26,681 nucleotides of DNA. It comes from a virus. Lineage: Duplodnaviria > Caudoviricetes. A program made the translations under genes and the position numbers. Positions 1 to 8,311 of the stretch are shown one piece after another. The notes beneath the pieces were generated by a model. The model was given only the letters and a program-made list of their open reading frames with translations. It was not told the origin of the DNA and did not search any database. The stretch spans positions 1 through 26,681 of IMG/VR virus record IMGVR_UViG_3300005582_000083; one strand, written 5' to 3'. The stretch's first letter is position 1. Every line of letters starts with the position of its first letter.

Positions 1-99
1 AAAATTATCTTCTTCGTATGGGTTGGTAGTTACATTTTGTGTTGCTGAAGCTATTTCATAATCAATAACTTCGCCATCTAAGTTTGAATAATCTCTCAT
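1..99 (-). CDS. Partial ORF (runs off the left edge), N-terminus MRDYSNLDGEVIDYEIAS...
   Basis: ATG at 99, immediately after the lysozyme stop; open to position 1; carries the YSNLDG motif shared with other virion proteins; not in the supplied ORF track. Confidence 0.75.
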   Translation of the reverse strand, partial: MRDYSNLDGEVIDYEIASATQNVTTNPYEEDNF

Positions 100-100
100 T

Positions 101-772
101 TTATTTTGTTTTTAAAGTTTTATATAATACATATCCACTAACTATTAATAACACAGTTATTGTCATTGCTAAGACCAGTCCACCTTTTTTTTTTAAGCCA
201 AATAATGTATAGCTATATTTTTTTAAATCTTCTAATCTATTAAGCCACCCTTTTTCATTTGCAGGTTGATTAAGACTAAGTAAAAATTCCTTTTTTTGCT
301 CGATTAATTCATCAAATATTTTCTTTTCACCTTCTTTTTCAACTAATGAATTTAATTTTTCAGGAAGTAATTTATAATCTGTTTGATTCCATTCAATCCC
401 TTTTGATTTAAGATACCTTTGCATTCTCGGTGTCCAACCAAGCCAACTTCCCCACATCCAAGAAAAAATTATGTTAGCAACCGCTTGACTTTTTATATCA
501 TCTGTATAAACTTTATCCCAATAGCGTTGTTTGGCTATTTTTAACCAAATATCTTCAGGCATATTAAGAAAATTCTCAGATGTATCTTTATATCCTAATC
601 TATCAGCATTTGACTTGAAGGCTTCATAAGTAACACCTTTATTTGTATGCCATCCTGTCTTTCCCTGATAAGTGTAAGGAGATGGAAATGCAGAGGCTTT
701 ATCTGAAGTTGCTCTTGATAATCCACCTTCCCATTTGTATGTAAAAGGAATAATATATTTAATGTCTGCCAT
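101..772 (-). CDS. Glycoside hydrolase family 108 lysozyme with C-terminal membrane anchor
   Basis: WEGG...TNKGVT catalytic motif, KGWLNRL C-terminal motif, hydrophobic tail LVLAMTITVLLIVSGYVLY followed by KTLKTK. Confidence 0.85.
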   Translation of the reverse strand: MADIKYIIPFTYKWEGGLSRATSDKASAFPSPYTYQGKTGWHTNKGVTYEAFKSNADRLGYKDTSENFLNMPEDIWLKIAKQRYWDKVYTDDIKSQAVANIIFSWMWGSWLGWTPRMQRYLKSKGIEWNQTDYKLLPEKLNSLVEKEGEKKIFDELIEQKKEFLLSLNQPANEKGWLNRLEDLKKYSYTLFGLKKKGGLVLAMTITVLLIVSGYVLYKTLKTK

Positions 773-779
773 AAATTAT

Positions 780-1466
780 TTACTGCACATTTATATTTGC
801 ACTATTTACCCAACCTACTTTTGGATTTGCTATGTAATTTGAATTTTGCATACTTGGTGCATTTTTATCAGATAATCCAATTGATATTTCTAATTCATAC
901 CATACCATTCCTTCGTTTTCTCTTATACCTTTAATCTTTCCTAATTTATTACCTGAACTTACTGTTCCTATGGCATAAAGAAGATTCATTCCCAAAAAAT
1001 CTTTTTTTGAACTTGGCGTACTATAAACGTATGTATTTTTATTAGCAATAGCATTTTTACCAATTACATTAGATGAAGTTTGATTGGTTGTACTCCCCGA
1101 TAAACCTTGAACTGCTTTATATTGAGTTCCATATTTACTCCAAGCATTAGCAGAACTACTTCCCCATTTACCATCTGCTCCATCAGTACCAAGAATTGCA
1201 GAATCTTTCGCAAAATCAATTACCCATTGTTGAAATTTCTTCAATGAAGCACTATCAGGAAATGGATTACCACTTGCAGAAGCAGAATATCCACCACCAC
1301 TTGGTTTATTAGATTGACTGTCTAACAAGGCTTGTTCTTCAGCCTTTTTTATTTCTTCTTCTTCTTTTTTCTTTTTACGTTTTTTCCAAAGTAAAAAACC
1401 AACTGCTCCACCAATAATTACTAATGATGTTACAATTAATGCAATTTTTTTAGTGTTTTTTGCCAT
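780..1466 (-). CDS. Membrane-anchored cell-wall-binding protein (N-terminal TM, PG_binding_1-like domain, SH3b-like domain)
   Basis: N-terminal TM plus poly-K; LKKFQQW...DGADGKWGSSSANAW resembles a PGBD; VYSTPS...WYEL...GWVNSANI resembles SH3b. Confidence 0.65.
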   Translation of the reverse strand: MAKNTKKIALIVTSLVIIGGAVGFLLWKKRKKKKEEEEIKKAEEQALLDSQSNKPSGGGYSASASGNPFPDSASLKKFQQWVIDFAKDSAILGTDGADGKWGSSSANAWSKYGTQYKAVQGLSGSTTNQTSSNVIGKNAIANKNTYVYSTPSSKKDFLGMNLLYAIGTVSSGNKLGKIKGIRENEGMVWYELEISIGLSDKNAPSMQNSNYIANPKVGWVNSANINVQ

Positions 1467-1469
1467 AAG

Positions 1470-1682
1470 TTATGATTCTACGGTTTCCTTAGTAGGTACG
1501 CTTTTTTTAGCTTTCATATCACTTTGAATAGAAGCACCAGCAATAGCACCAACAACAGTTAAACCAATTAATAAATATTTATTATTTATGGATGAGAATT
1601 TTTTAAACATCCAATAAGTAAGAATAGCCCCACCGATTGAACCGACAGGGTTATTCGTAATTTTTTTTATTGTACCAGTCAT
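1470..1682 (-). CDS. Small two-TM membrane protein
   Basis: Two Gly-rich hydrophobic segments. Confidence 0.7.
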   Translation of the reverse strand: MTGTIKKITNNPVGSIGGAILTYWMFKKFSSINNKYLLIGLTVVGAIAGASIQSDMKAKKSVPTKETVES

Positions 1683-1688
1683 AAATAA

Positions 1689-1889
1689 TTATGCTTTAGG
1701 TTCAACTTTTGGTGCATTATTCATTGCATAGTTAAAAGCGGATACACCAACAAGAATAGACACTAATGGCATAATAGCACCTTTTAAAGATGTTACTTTT
1801 GTAAGGCTTATAGCCGAACTAACAACAAGTACACTTGCTCCACCGATTGTTGCGAATTTCATCGCTTTTTTTACATTTTCGTTTTTCAT
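1689..1889 (-). CDS. Small two-TM membrane protein (paralog of 2372..2551)
   Basis: ATIGGASVLVV...ILVGVSAFNY. Confidence 0.75.
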   Translation of the reverse strand: MKNENVKKAMKFATIGGASVLVVSSAISLTKVTSLKGAIMPLVSILVGVSAFNYAMNNAPKVEPKA

Positions 1890-1922
1890 TTTGATTTTTA
1901 TTTAGGGGTTATTATTTACAAT

Positions 1923-2369
1923 TTATATTACAAAAATAGTTACTTCCATTTCTTTCAATTTTTTGATAACATCTAAAACTGATGAGCCTTCTAAAACTTT
2001 TCCATCTTCAAAAAATAATCTTTTGCCATCCATATCATATTTACCTCTTCCATTAGTTGAAGGTTGTTCAGTTTTACCATCCTTAACTATCATTATTTTA
2101 AATCGCTTGTCTTTATACATTCTTAACCAGTATGTGATATTTGAAAAGTAACCAAACTTTTTTCCTGTTTCAATTAAAATATCTGTATAATCTTTTCCTT
2201 TTTCAAATACAAGACCTCCTTTTAAAGATTCTCCTTCTAAATCACCACTTCCTTTTTTACTTCTAAGTGTAACTTTTTTACCTCTGAAATAAAAAATAGT
2301 AATGATAATTAAAGTAGCACCTATTATAATAGGAACTTTGTTGTCTTTTACAAATTTTTTAATATCCAT
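1923..2369 (-). CDS. N-terminally anchored membrane protein, unknown function
   Basis: N-terminal TM (IIIGATLIIITIFYF) followed by basic residues. Confidence 0.65.
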   Translation of the reverse strand: MDIKKFVKDNKVPIIIGATLIIITIFYFRGKKVTLRSKKGSGDLEGESLKGGLVFEKGKDYTDILIETGKKFGYFSNITYWLRMYKDKRFKIMIVKDGKTEQPSTNGRGKYDMDGKRLFFEDGKVLEGSSVLDVIKKLKEMEVTIFVI

Positions 2370-2371
2370 TT

Positions 2372-2551
2372 TTATTCGTATTTAATTTTATTTACAGAAT
2401 AATTAATTGCAGAAATACCAACAAGAAGCGTAATTACAGCCATAGTTGTTGCCATTCCTGTGTTTTTCTTATAACCTGCAATTTGTTGAATTGAATTCAA
2501 AACAACTAATGTTGCTCCTCCGATTGTTGCTACTGCTATTGTTTTTCTCAT
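2372..2551 (-). CDS. Unannotated 59-aa two-TM membrane protein (MRKTIAVATIGGATLVV...LLVGISAINYSVNKIKYE)
   Basis: Read manually; fills the gap exactly; clear similarity to 1689..1889. Confidence 0.8.
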   Translation of the reverse strand: MRKTIAVATIGGATLVVLNSIQQIAGYKKNTGMATTMAVITLLVGISAINYSVNKIKYE

Positions 2552-2561
2552 AATATATTTT

Positions 2562-3077
2562 TTAAAATCTATAATCTATTCCTTGATACTTTAAATGTTT
2601 GTTTGCAACATCTCTTGGTAATTCCATTGTTGCATAAATACCTGTTGTCAATCCTCCTCCACCTTCAGGGCTTTCATATTCCTTTACAATCCAATCTCTT
2701 AAAGAACTATTTTCTTTAGCATCCCATTTTTGAGTTACTAAAAATAAATCTGCTTTATTTTTAATTCTATAAAAATATTTTTTAAAATTAGGTATGTGTG
2801 TATCTTCTCTTGTAGCTGGATTATAGCCATTCATAGAATGATATAAACCTTCGACAATTGATGTCGCTTCTGTTGGGCTTAATGTTGGCTTGATACCCGA
2901 TTCAATTAATTTTTGCAATTCACCACCAACTTCTTTTTCTTCTTTATTAGCACCTGATGATTTTTTAATTTTTCTATAAAGAAAAAAACCACCTACCAAT
3001 ACACCAAGTACAATAATACCTTTTACTGGTGTCGGTAATCCTTTCCAAAATCCTACTGTTTGTTCTTTAATTGCCAT
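2562..3077 (-). CDS. N-terminally anchored membrane protein with annexin-repeat-like helical domain
   Basis: TM at aa 20-33; IVEGLYHSMNG...KADLFLVTQKW...SLRDWIVKE resembles the annexin repeat pattern. Confidence 0.55.
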   Translation of the reverse strand: MAIKEQTVGFWKGLPTPVKGIIVLGVLVGGFFLYRKIKKSSGANKEEKEVGGELQKLIESGIKPTLSPTEATSIVEGLYHSMNGYNPATREDTHIPNFKKYFYRIKNKADLFLVTQKWDAKENSSLRDWIVKEYESPEGGGGLTTGIYATMELPRDVANKHLKYQGIDYRF

Positions 3078-3083
3078 AATTTT

Positions 3084-4379
3084 TTAAGTTAAATATGCTT
3101 TTAATGTGTCTAAAGGTAATACATAGCCACCTGTTTCATCTTCTTCTGATGGGTCATGTGTTATTAGATGTCTTGCTAAATCAGAATTTAATCCAATATA
3201 ATTTGCATCATTTCCATAATAGTCATCCCAATAAATTCCATCAAATACTTTTGTTCTATTAAGTGCAGTTATAAAAACTTGATTACTTATTATTGGAATT
3301 GTATATACCCATGTTGCACCATCCCATTCAGCAATATTATTTGCATTACCTACCCAAGCACCTGTAGGAGCAGTATCAATTAAATATCTATCACCTAATA
3401 TTGCTACTGGAGGAGTATTTAGTTGATTGATTACAGGGAATAATGTAACACCTATTGCCCTACCAACAATTGTACTTTGAACACCTATAGAATCTTTAAT
3501 ATCTCTATAATCTGAAATTCTTTGCGTTTGAATTGATTGTGCTGTCAAATATCTTAATGCCGATTGACCTATTTGCTGATTACTAAATCCTTCTTCTATA
3601 TTTTTTAATGTTATTGCTCTCATTACACCACCAGTTGTTATCTGCAATAAAAATACACCTGTATAATATGCTAAATAAGATGCACTAACAGGTGGGTCTG
3701 CATTTCTTCTTTGACCACCTATCACCCAATTAGTTGTGTAATTAGCATCAGGATAATGTGAAGCATCTTGTAATACAGGGCTTCCTTGATTAAAAGTTAT
3801 TAATCCTGCTGAATTTAAAGTTACGCCTCCTCCTGCACCAGTATATGGTGCAATACCAACTTCGCCTTCATAAGAAGCCGAACCGCTGTAAGGAATAACT
3901 GCTCCTGCTTTAAAAAGTGGTACAATTAATGAACGTCTAAATATTAATTGTTTGTCAATTACTCTGTACTGAGGGCGAATAGAAGCATCTACCCATAAAA
4001 ATCCATTCAAATCAAGCCAACCAGTATCTAATGGAGTAGGTGTAGTGTTATAACTATAAGAAGCTAAATATGTTTTATTATCTACAATTCTTATAATTAC
4101 ACTACCACTATCTTGGTTTATTGTTATTGATGAAGCACCATTTATTGTTTGCCCAAAACCAGCATTTATAACAATATTGTTTGCACTTGAATTTCCATCA
4201 TAATCTACTACATATAATTTATAAGTAGTGTTCCAAAAATTATCAGGAATACTTAAAAGATTAATTGTAACAACACCAATATTTGTTAAGCATTCCAAAA
4301 TAACATCATTATTAAAAATGATAGGCGTTCCCGATACTTGTCGGATATTATTTGGATATTTCGTTTCTTGTAATGCCAT
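3084..4379 (-). CDS. Putative vertex spike / receptor-binding protein with DUF2793-like C-terminal domain
   Basis: Beta-rich N-domain (TINL...GNSSANNIVI) typical of fibre bases; DTGWLDL...QYRVID RBP-like segment; TPP..GDRYLI..PTGAWVG..IAEWDG.W is DUF2793-like. Confidence 0.65.
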   Translation of the reverse strand: MALQETKYPNNIRQVSGTPIIFNNDVILECLTNIGVVTINLLSIPDNFWNTTYKLYVVDYDGNSSANNIVINAGFGQTINGASSITINQDSGSVIIRIVDNKTYLASYSYNTTPTPLDTGWLDLNGFLWVDASIRPQYRVIDKQLIFRRSLIVPLFKAGAVIPYSGSASYEGEVGIAPYTGAGGGVTLNSAGLITFNQGSPVLQDASHYPDANYTTNWVIGGQRRNADPPVSASYLAYYTGVFLLQITTGGVMRAITLKNIEEGFSNQQIGQSALRYLTAQSIQTQRISDYRDIKDSIGVQSTIVGRAIGVTLFPVINQLNTPPVAILGDRYLIDTAPTGAWVGNANNIAEWDGATWVYTIPIISNQVFITALNRTKVFDGIYWDDYYGNDANYIGLNSDLARHLITHDPSEEDETGGYVLPLDTLKAYLT

Positions 4380-4382
4380 TTT

Positions 4383-5294
4383 TTACAATAATATTTTACT
4401 GTTTCTTGCTTCTTCCAATAATACTCTTTTCAATGATATTTGCTTATAAAAGAAAGCCATTGTTACTGTCATTCCTGCTAATACTTTATACTTAAAAACA
4501 TCCATTCCATCAGGAATAAATGGTCTATTCAAAGCATCCATTACATTGAAATAAACAATATCATTTGCTACCTGCATATTATCTACCTTCAAGTCAAGAT
4601 TAATAGGGCTTATTTTTGCAACTCCTGTGATTTGCTTATTTGTAGCAATTAAAGGTTGTGATTTTTGTTGCGTTAATAAAGCACCAGCAAAAACGAATTT
4701 TGCATTTACTATTAATGTTGGATTAGCCAATAAATTAAATAAGACATCTGAATAACTTACAAAACCACCAGCAACTTCAATTTTATCATTTAAGTTTAAT
4801 GATGTGGCATATAAATAATCAAGTGGTGCAGAAGGATTGAATATTTCAGTATCAAAATCTAAAAGTGAGTTATTATTAAAAGTTAAAATAAGTTCAGTTA
4901 ATTTTTCACCTTTGTAATAACCTATATTTTTTATTGCAATATCTTTTGGCGATTGACTAAGTATAAATTTACTTACACCTTCTACAATTACTTTTTGATT
5001 ATCAGGAACAATTACTTTAGATAGTTTTTTTTCACCACCAGTTATTGTTGCTCTTTTATTTACTGCAAAATCTTTGCTTAATGGTTTTTTCTTTTTTCTT
5101 TGAGATTTTCTATCAATTTTTTTATTTGCTGAAGAAAATGCTTTTTTAAATTCTTTACCCTTAAATTCAGAAAAATCAATATCTTCCAATGATTCGTCAA
5201 AATCATTAGTTGAATCATCAAAAGGAACATCTATAGCATCAATGCCAAACATCCTTTCTTCTAATTCTTCATATTTTTCTTTTTCGTTTATCAT
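4383..5294 (-). CDS. Putative second/minor capsid protein, paralog of 10863..11588
   Basis: C-terminal ~160 aa align by eye with 10863..11588; acidic then basic N-terminal extension. Confidence 0.55.
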   Translation of the reverse strand: MINEKEKYEELEERMFGIDAIDVPFDDSTNDFDESLEDIDFSEFKGKEFKKAFSSANKKIDRKSQRKKKKPLSKDFAVNKRATITGGEKKLSKVIVPDNQKVIVEGVSKFILSQSPKDIAIKNIGYYKGEKLTELILTFNNNSLLDFDTEIFNPSAPLDYLYATSLNLNDKIEVAGGFVSYSDVLFNLLANPTLIVNAKFVFAGALLTQQKSQPLIATNKQITGVAKISPINLDLKVDNMQVANDIVYFNVMDALNRPFIPDGMDVFKYKVLAGMTVTMAFFYKQISLKRVLLEEARNSKILL

Positions 5295-5306
5295 TAATAA
5301 AATTTA

Positions 5307-6095
5307 TTAATTGCGTTCAGCAAATTCTTGGTTTTCAAATTTATTAATATAATCCATAATTTTTCGCATCCTGTCAATATTTCCTTTAGTTTGTGCTTTA
5401 AGAAATACTTGACCAAATACACAAATAGCATCAATCTTTGAAAATCCTAATCCTAAGTAAATATACAAAGCATTTATATCTGCTCCTATTTCGTGAGAAA
5501 TTTTTAAACCTATTTTTGGATTTTTATAGACATGAGAATATTCGTGTAAAAGAATCATCATTCGCATAGGTATTGTGTACCTATCAAATTTCAATTTAGA
5601 AACTTCGATATTTCCTGTTGAATGACCTATTCTTGCTGGTGTATTTAATGGTTTACCAGTTTGATAATCATATATGTAGTTGAAATACTTGATTGTAAAT
5701 TCCTTTTCAGGAGTAGTGTAAATCCTGCCAATATCAGTAGCATCTGAATAGCCACAAACTTGTGAAAAGTTTAAAGCCATATTTACAAACCTTTTTGTTT
5801 GAGCATCCATCCAAATATTATAGGTAGGTAAAGTATTCTCCAATAAGCTAACATCAAAATTACTGTCTTTTGGATTATTACAATCTACAATGCCTATAAA
5901 TATTTGTTTAGGAGAAATAACAAAATTTATATGAATAGTTCTACTACCATTAATTGTTATTTCCCTATCGGAATATTTACTATTCTTTTTTTCATACTCT
6001 TCAGCCCAAACACGAAATTTCCTTTCACCCTTACATTTTATAGTAACGTAAAGGCAAAAACTTCTGTTTTCACTATCGTATATTTTTCCGTACAT
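5307..6095 (-). CDS. Zinc metalloprotease (HExxH, gluzincin-like), candidate maturation protease
   Basis: ILLHEYSHVY followed by HEIGADINAL (ExxAD third ligand). Confidence 0.7.
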   Translation of the reverse strand: MYGKIYDSENRSFCLYVTIKCKGERKFRVWAEEYEKKNSKYSDREITINGSRTIHINFVISPKQIFIGIVDCNNPKDSNFDVSLLENTLPTYNIWMDAQTKRFVNMALNFSQVCGYSDATDIGRIYTTPEKEFTIKYFNYIYDYQTGKPLNTPARIGHSTGNIEVSKLKFDRYTIPMRMMILLHEYSHVYKNPKIGLKISHEIGADINALYIYLGLGFSKIDAICVFGQVFLKAQTKGNIDRMRKIMDYINKFENQEFAERN

Positions 6096-6098
6096 TAA

Positions 6099-6497
6099 TT
6101 ATTTTTTTCTTGTAGCGAAATAAATAATAGCACCAATAACTGCAACACCACCAATAGCTAATCCTATTTTCATTCCTGTACTCATTCCTGTATCTTCTTT
6201 TTCTTTTTCTGTAGTAAGATTACCAGTAGGTTGTACTAATGGGTTGTAAGTACCAGTAGTATTTTGGGTTTGTCTTCCTTTTCCAAATAATCCTAATAAA
6301 GTATCAACCATTCCTGATTCTTGTGCTTTTGTCCAACCACCAGTAATTTTATCCCATGTTAATCCTTGTTTTTCTTTGGCTAACTTTTCGGATTGACTTG
6401 GTTCAGTTGTTCCATTTGTATTGGAAAAATCGGCTGATGCCATATCATAATTACTACTTACATTAGTAAGTATTGGAGCATTAGTTATTACTTTCAT
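6099..6497 (-). CDS. Tail-anchored virion membrane protein
   Basis: C-terminal TM IGLAIGGVAVIGAIIYF plus RKK; FSNTNG motif. Confidence 0.7.
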   Translation of the reverse strand: MKVITNAPILTNVSSNYDMASADFSNTNGTTEPSQSEKLAKEKQGLTWDKITGGWTKAQESGMVDTLLGLFGKGRQTQNTTGTYNPLVQPTGNLTTEKEKEDTGMSTGMKIGLAIGGVAVIGAIIYFATRKK

Positions 6498-6513
6498 AAA
6501 TAATTTAATTTTT

Positions 6514-6552
6514 AAAAAAGGTAACTACTAATTAATTTAATAATTACCTTTT
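6514..6552 (-). terminator. Probable intrinsic terminator
   Basis: Minus strand AAAAGGTAATTATTAA / TTAGTAGTTACCTTTT stem (G-U pairs only on this strand) ending in a T-run, downstream of 6574..6894. Confidence 0.7.
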
Positions 6553-6573
6553 AATGTTTATATAATAAAAAGA

Positions 6574-6894
6574 TTAAGCTAAAGCAATCCAATCAGCAGA
6601 GCCAACAGCACTAATGATTACTGATTCATTATCATTTGAAATAACATAAGTAGCACCAGCATCAATTCTTTCTAATAAATTAGGAGTAACTGTAATGTTA
6701 TTTGTACCTGCATTTCCTGAATCAAGAATGCAGATTTCAAGTGAAGATAAAGCATCACCTAATGAAGCAATATCAGGTAAAGCAATTGCAATAGCACCAA
6801 GAGTAGTATTAACATCAAGGGTTACTCTGTTTCCTACTAATTGGCTTCTCCAACTTCCGTTGGTTTTCATGTTAAAGTTTGTTGTAATTGTCAT
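6574..6894 (-). CDS. Small beta-rich structural protein (penton/decoration candidate), paralog of the N-domain of 3084..4379
   Basis: TTLGAIAIALP...DSGNAGTNNITV...SVIISAV vs TNIGVVTINLL...DGNSSANNIVI...SVIIRIV. Confidence 0.65.
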   Translation of the reverse strand: MTITTNFNMKTNGSWRSQLVGNRVTLDVNTTLGAIAIALPDIASLGDALSSLEICILDSGNAGTNNITVTPNLLERIDAGATYVISNDNESVIISAVGSADWIALA

Positions 6895-6917
6895 TTTTTT
6901 TAGTTTTTAAGGGTTAA

Positions 6918-7418
6918 TTATTCTTGTTTTTTTTCTATTTGTTTTTGTGGTTTATTTAATTTAAAACGGTGAATAAGATAAACGGATAATAAAGCACCAG
7001 CTATTGCACCATAAATCTTATTTTTCTTTTCAGGCATTGCAATCCATCCTTGCTTTTCAGCTAAATATATTGCTCCTGCCCCAAGTATTGCACCAATAAC
7101 AACACCATCAATATATTGTATTTTTGGTGGATTTTCAATAATGCTTTTTTTAGTAGTTTCTGCTTTAGAATCATCACCATTTGCATTGCTTGTAATTTCT
7201 TTCGATACTATTTCTTTAACTGATTCTAAAGGTAAAACTAAAGAACCTTCTACAAGCACAAATGCAGGTTGATTATTTGCGTGTTTTAATTCTCCATTTA
7301 CAATTTCACCCTTTCTGAACCTTTTCATCTTTATAGAATTAGGATTCTTAGGATGTCCAGTATATGAAACATAAGGAGAATTACAATCTTGAGTAACTAT
7401 ATAACTTTTTATTGCCAT
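6918..7418 (-). CDS. Virion membrane protein: beta N-domain, SNANG motif, two-TM hairpin
   Basis: Two Gly-rich TM segments; architecture shared with 9816..10289. Confidence 0.7.
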   Translation of the reverse strand: MAIKSYIVTQDCNSPYVSYTGHPKNPNSIKMKRFRKGEIVNGELKHANNQPAFVLVEGSLVLPLESVKEIVSKEITSNANGDDSKAETTKKSIIENPPKIQYIDGVVIGAILGAGAIYLAEKQGWIAMPEKKNKIYGAIAGALLSVYLIHRFKLNKPQKQIEKKQE

Positions 7419-7421
7419 TTG

Positions 7422-7652
7422 TTATTGATTTTGTTGTCGTTTATCTGCAAATTTTCCTTTTAACGCAGTTTTTGTTTTTCCTCTTAATTCTGTCTTCGTT
7501 TTTTCCATAGCCTTTGCTATATTTGGTCGATTCACAATTGCAGTTTTGTTATTTAATTCTTGGTTTTTTTTCTTGGACTTTCTATATTGAGAATAAATAA
7601 TTGCTCCAATACCAATAATTGCAACAATGCCTAATATTTTTTTTAAGTTCAT
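7422..7652 (-). CDS. Small N-anchored, basic membrane protein
   Basis: N-terminal TM, Lys-rich remainder. Confidence 0.7.
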   Translation of the reverse strand: MNLKKILGIVAIIGIGAIIYSQYRKSKKKNQELNNKTAIVNRPNIAKAMEKTKTELRGKTKTALKGKFADKRQQNQ

Positions 7653-7653
7653 A

Positions 7654-8307
7654 TTATTTTCCTTTTTTAATTTTGTAAATAACTAATCCTAAAACACCCA
7701 ATAAAGCAATTGCTCCACCTATAACCAGTAAAGTTCTTGTTGTTTTTGCCTTTTGTTCTTGTCTTTTTCTTGTAGCTTCCATTACTGCTTGTTGTCCAGC
7801 TAAAACAGATTGAACCAATGCTTGTTTTGTATCTTCTTTTTTTGTTGCTAAATCTAAAGCACCATATTTTTTCTTTTGCTGACCTTCAGATATTTTACCA
7901 CCTAATTTAGCAACTTCGCCAACTGCTCCTGCAATAGCACCAACTGAATTAGAATAATCATCAGAATAATAAGAATTTAAAGAACGAAATGTATCTTTAA
8001 TATTTTCATCATCCAAATAATCATCTCCATCAGCACTAAATTTTTGATTATGTACATTAACCAGTATTGATGTTCCAAGCATCAATTTTTTGTTCTTATT
8101 AATATTATCGACATACAAATCAATTAAACGAATATCATTCATATCCGAAGTAGCAGGAATTTCTGATTCATTTAATAAATCAACAAATTCATTTTTATTT
8201 TGAACTAAAATTCTTCCAAGTTCATACATTAACTTTTTGTTGGCTGATTTTAAATCTCCATTTTCCAATGAATGATTAAAATTGCTATAAAAATCATCTA
8301 ATATCAT
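7654..8307 (-). CDS. Tail-anchored virion membrane protein
   Basis: C-terminal TM plus KIKKGK; FSADG and YSNSVG motifs. Confidence 0.7.
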   Translation of the reverse strand: MILDDFYSNFNHSLENGDLKSANKKLMYELGRILVQNKNEFVDLLNESEIPATSDMNDIRLIDLYVDNINKNKKLMLGTSILVNVHNQKFSADGDDYLDDENIKDTFRSLNSYYSDDYSNSVGAIAGAVGEVAKLGGKISEGQQKKKYGALDLATKKEDTKQALVQSVLAGQQAVMEATRKRQEQKAKTTRTLLVIGGAIALLGVLGLVIYKIKKGK

Positions 8308-8311
8308 AATC

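Noticed and set aside
1470-1889. Holin call for small two-TM proteins near the lysozyme
   Set aside because: Indistinguishable from the many other small membrane proteins; not excluded, but unsupported
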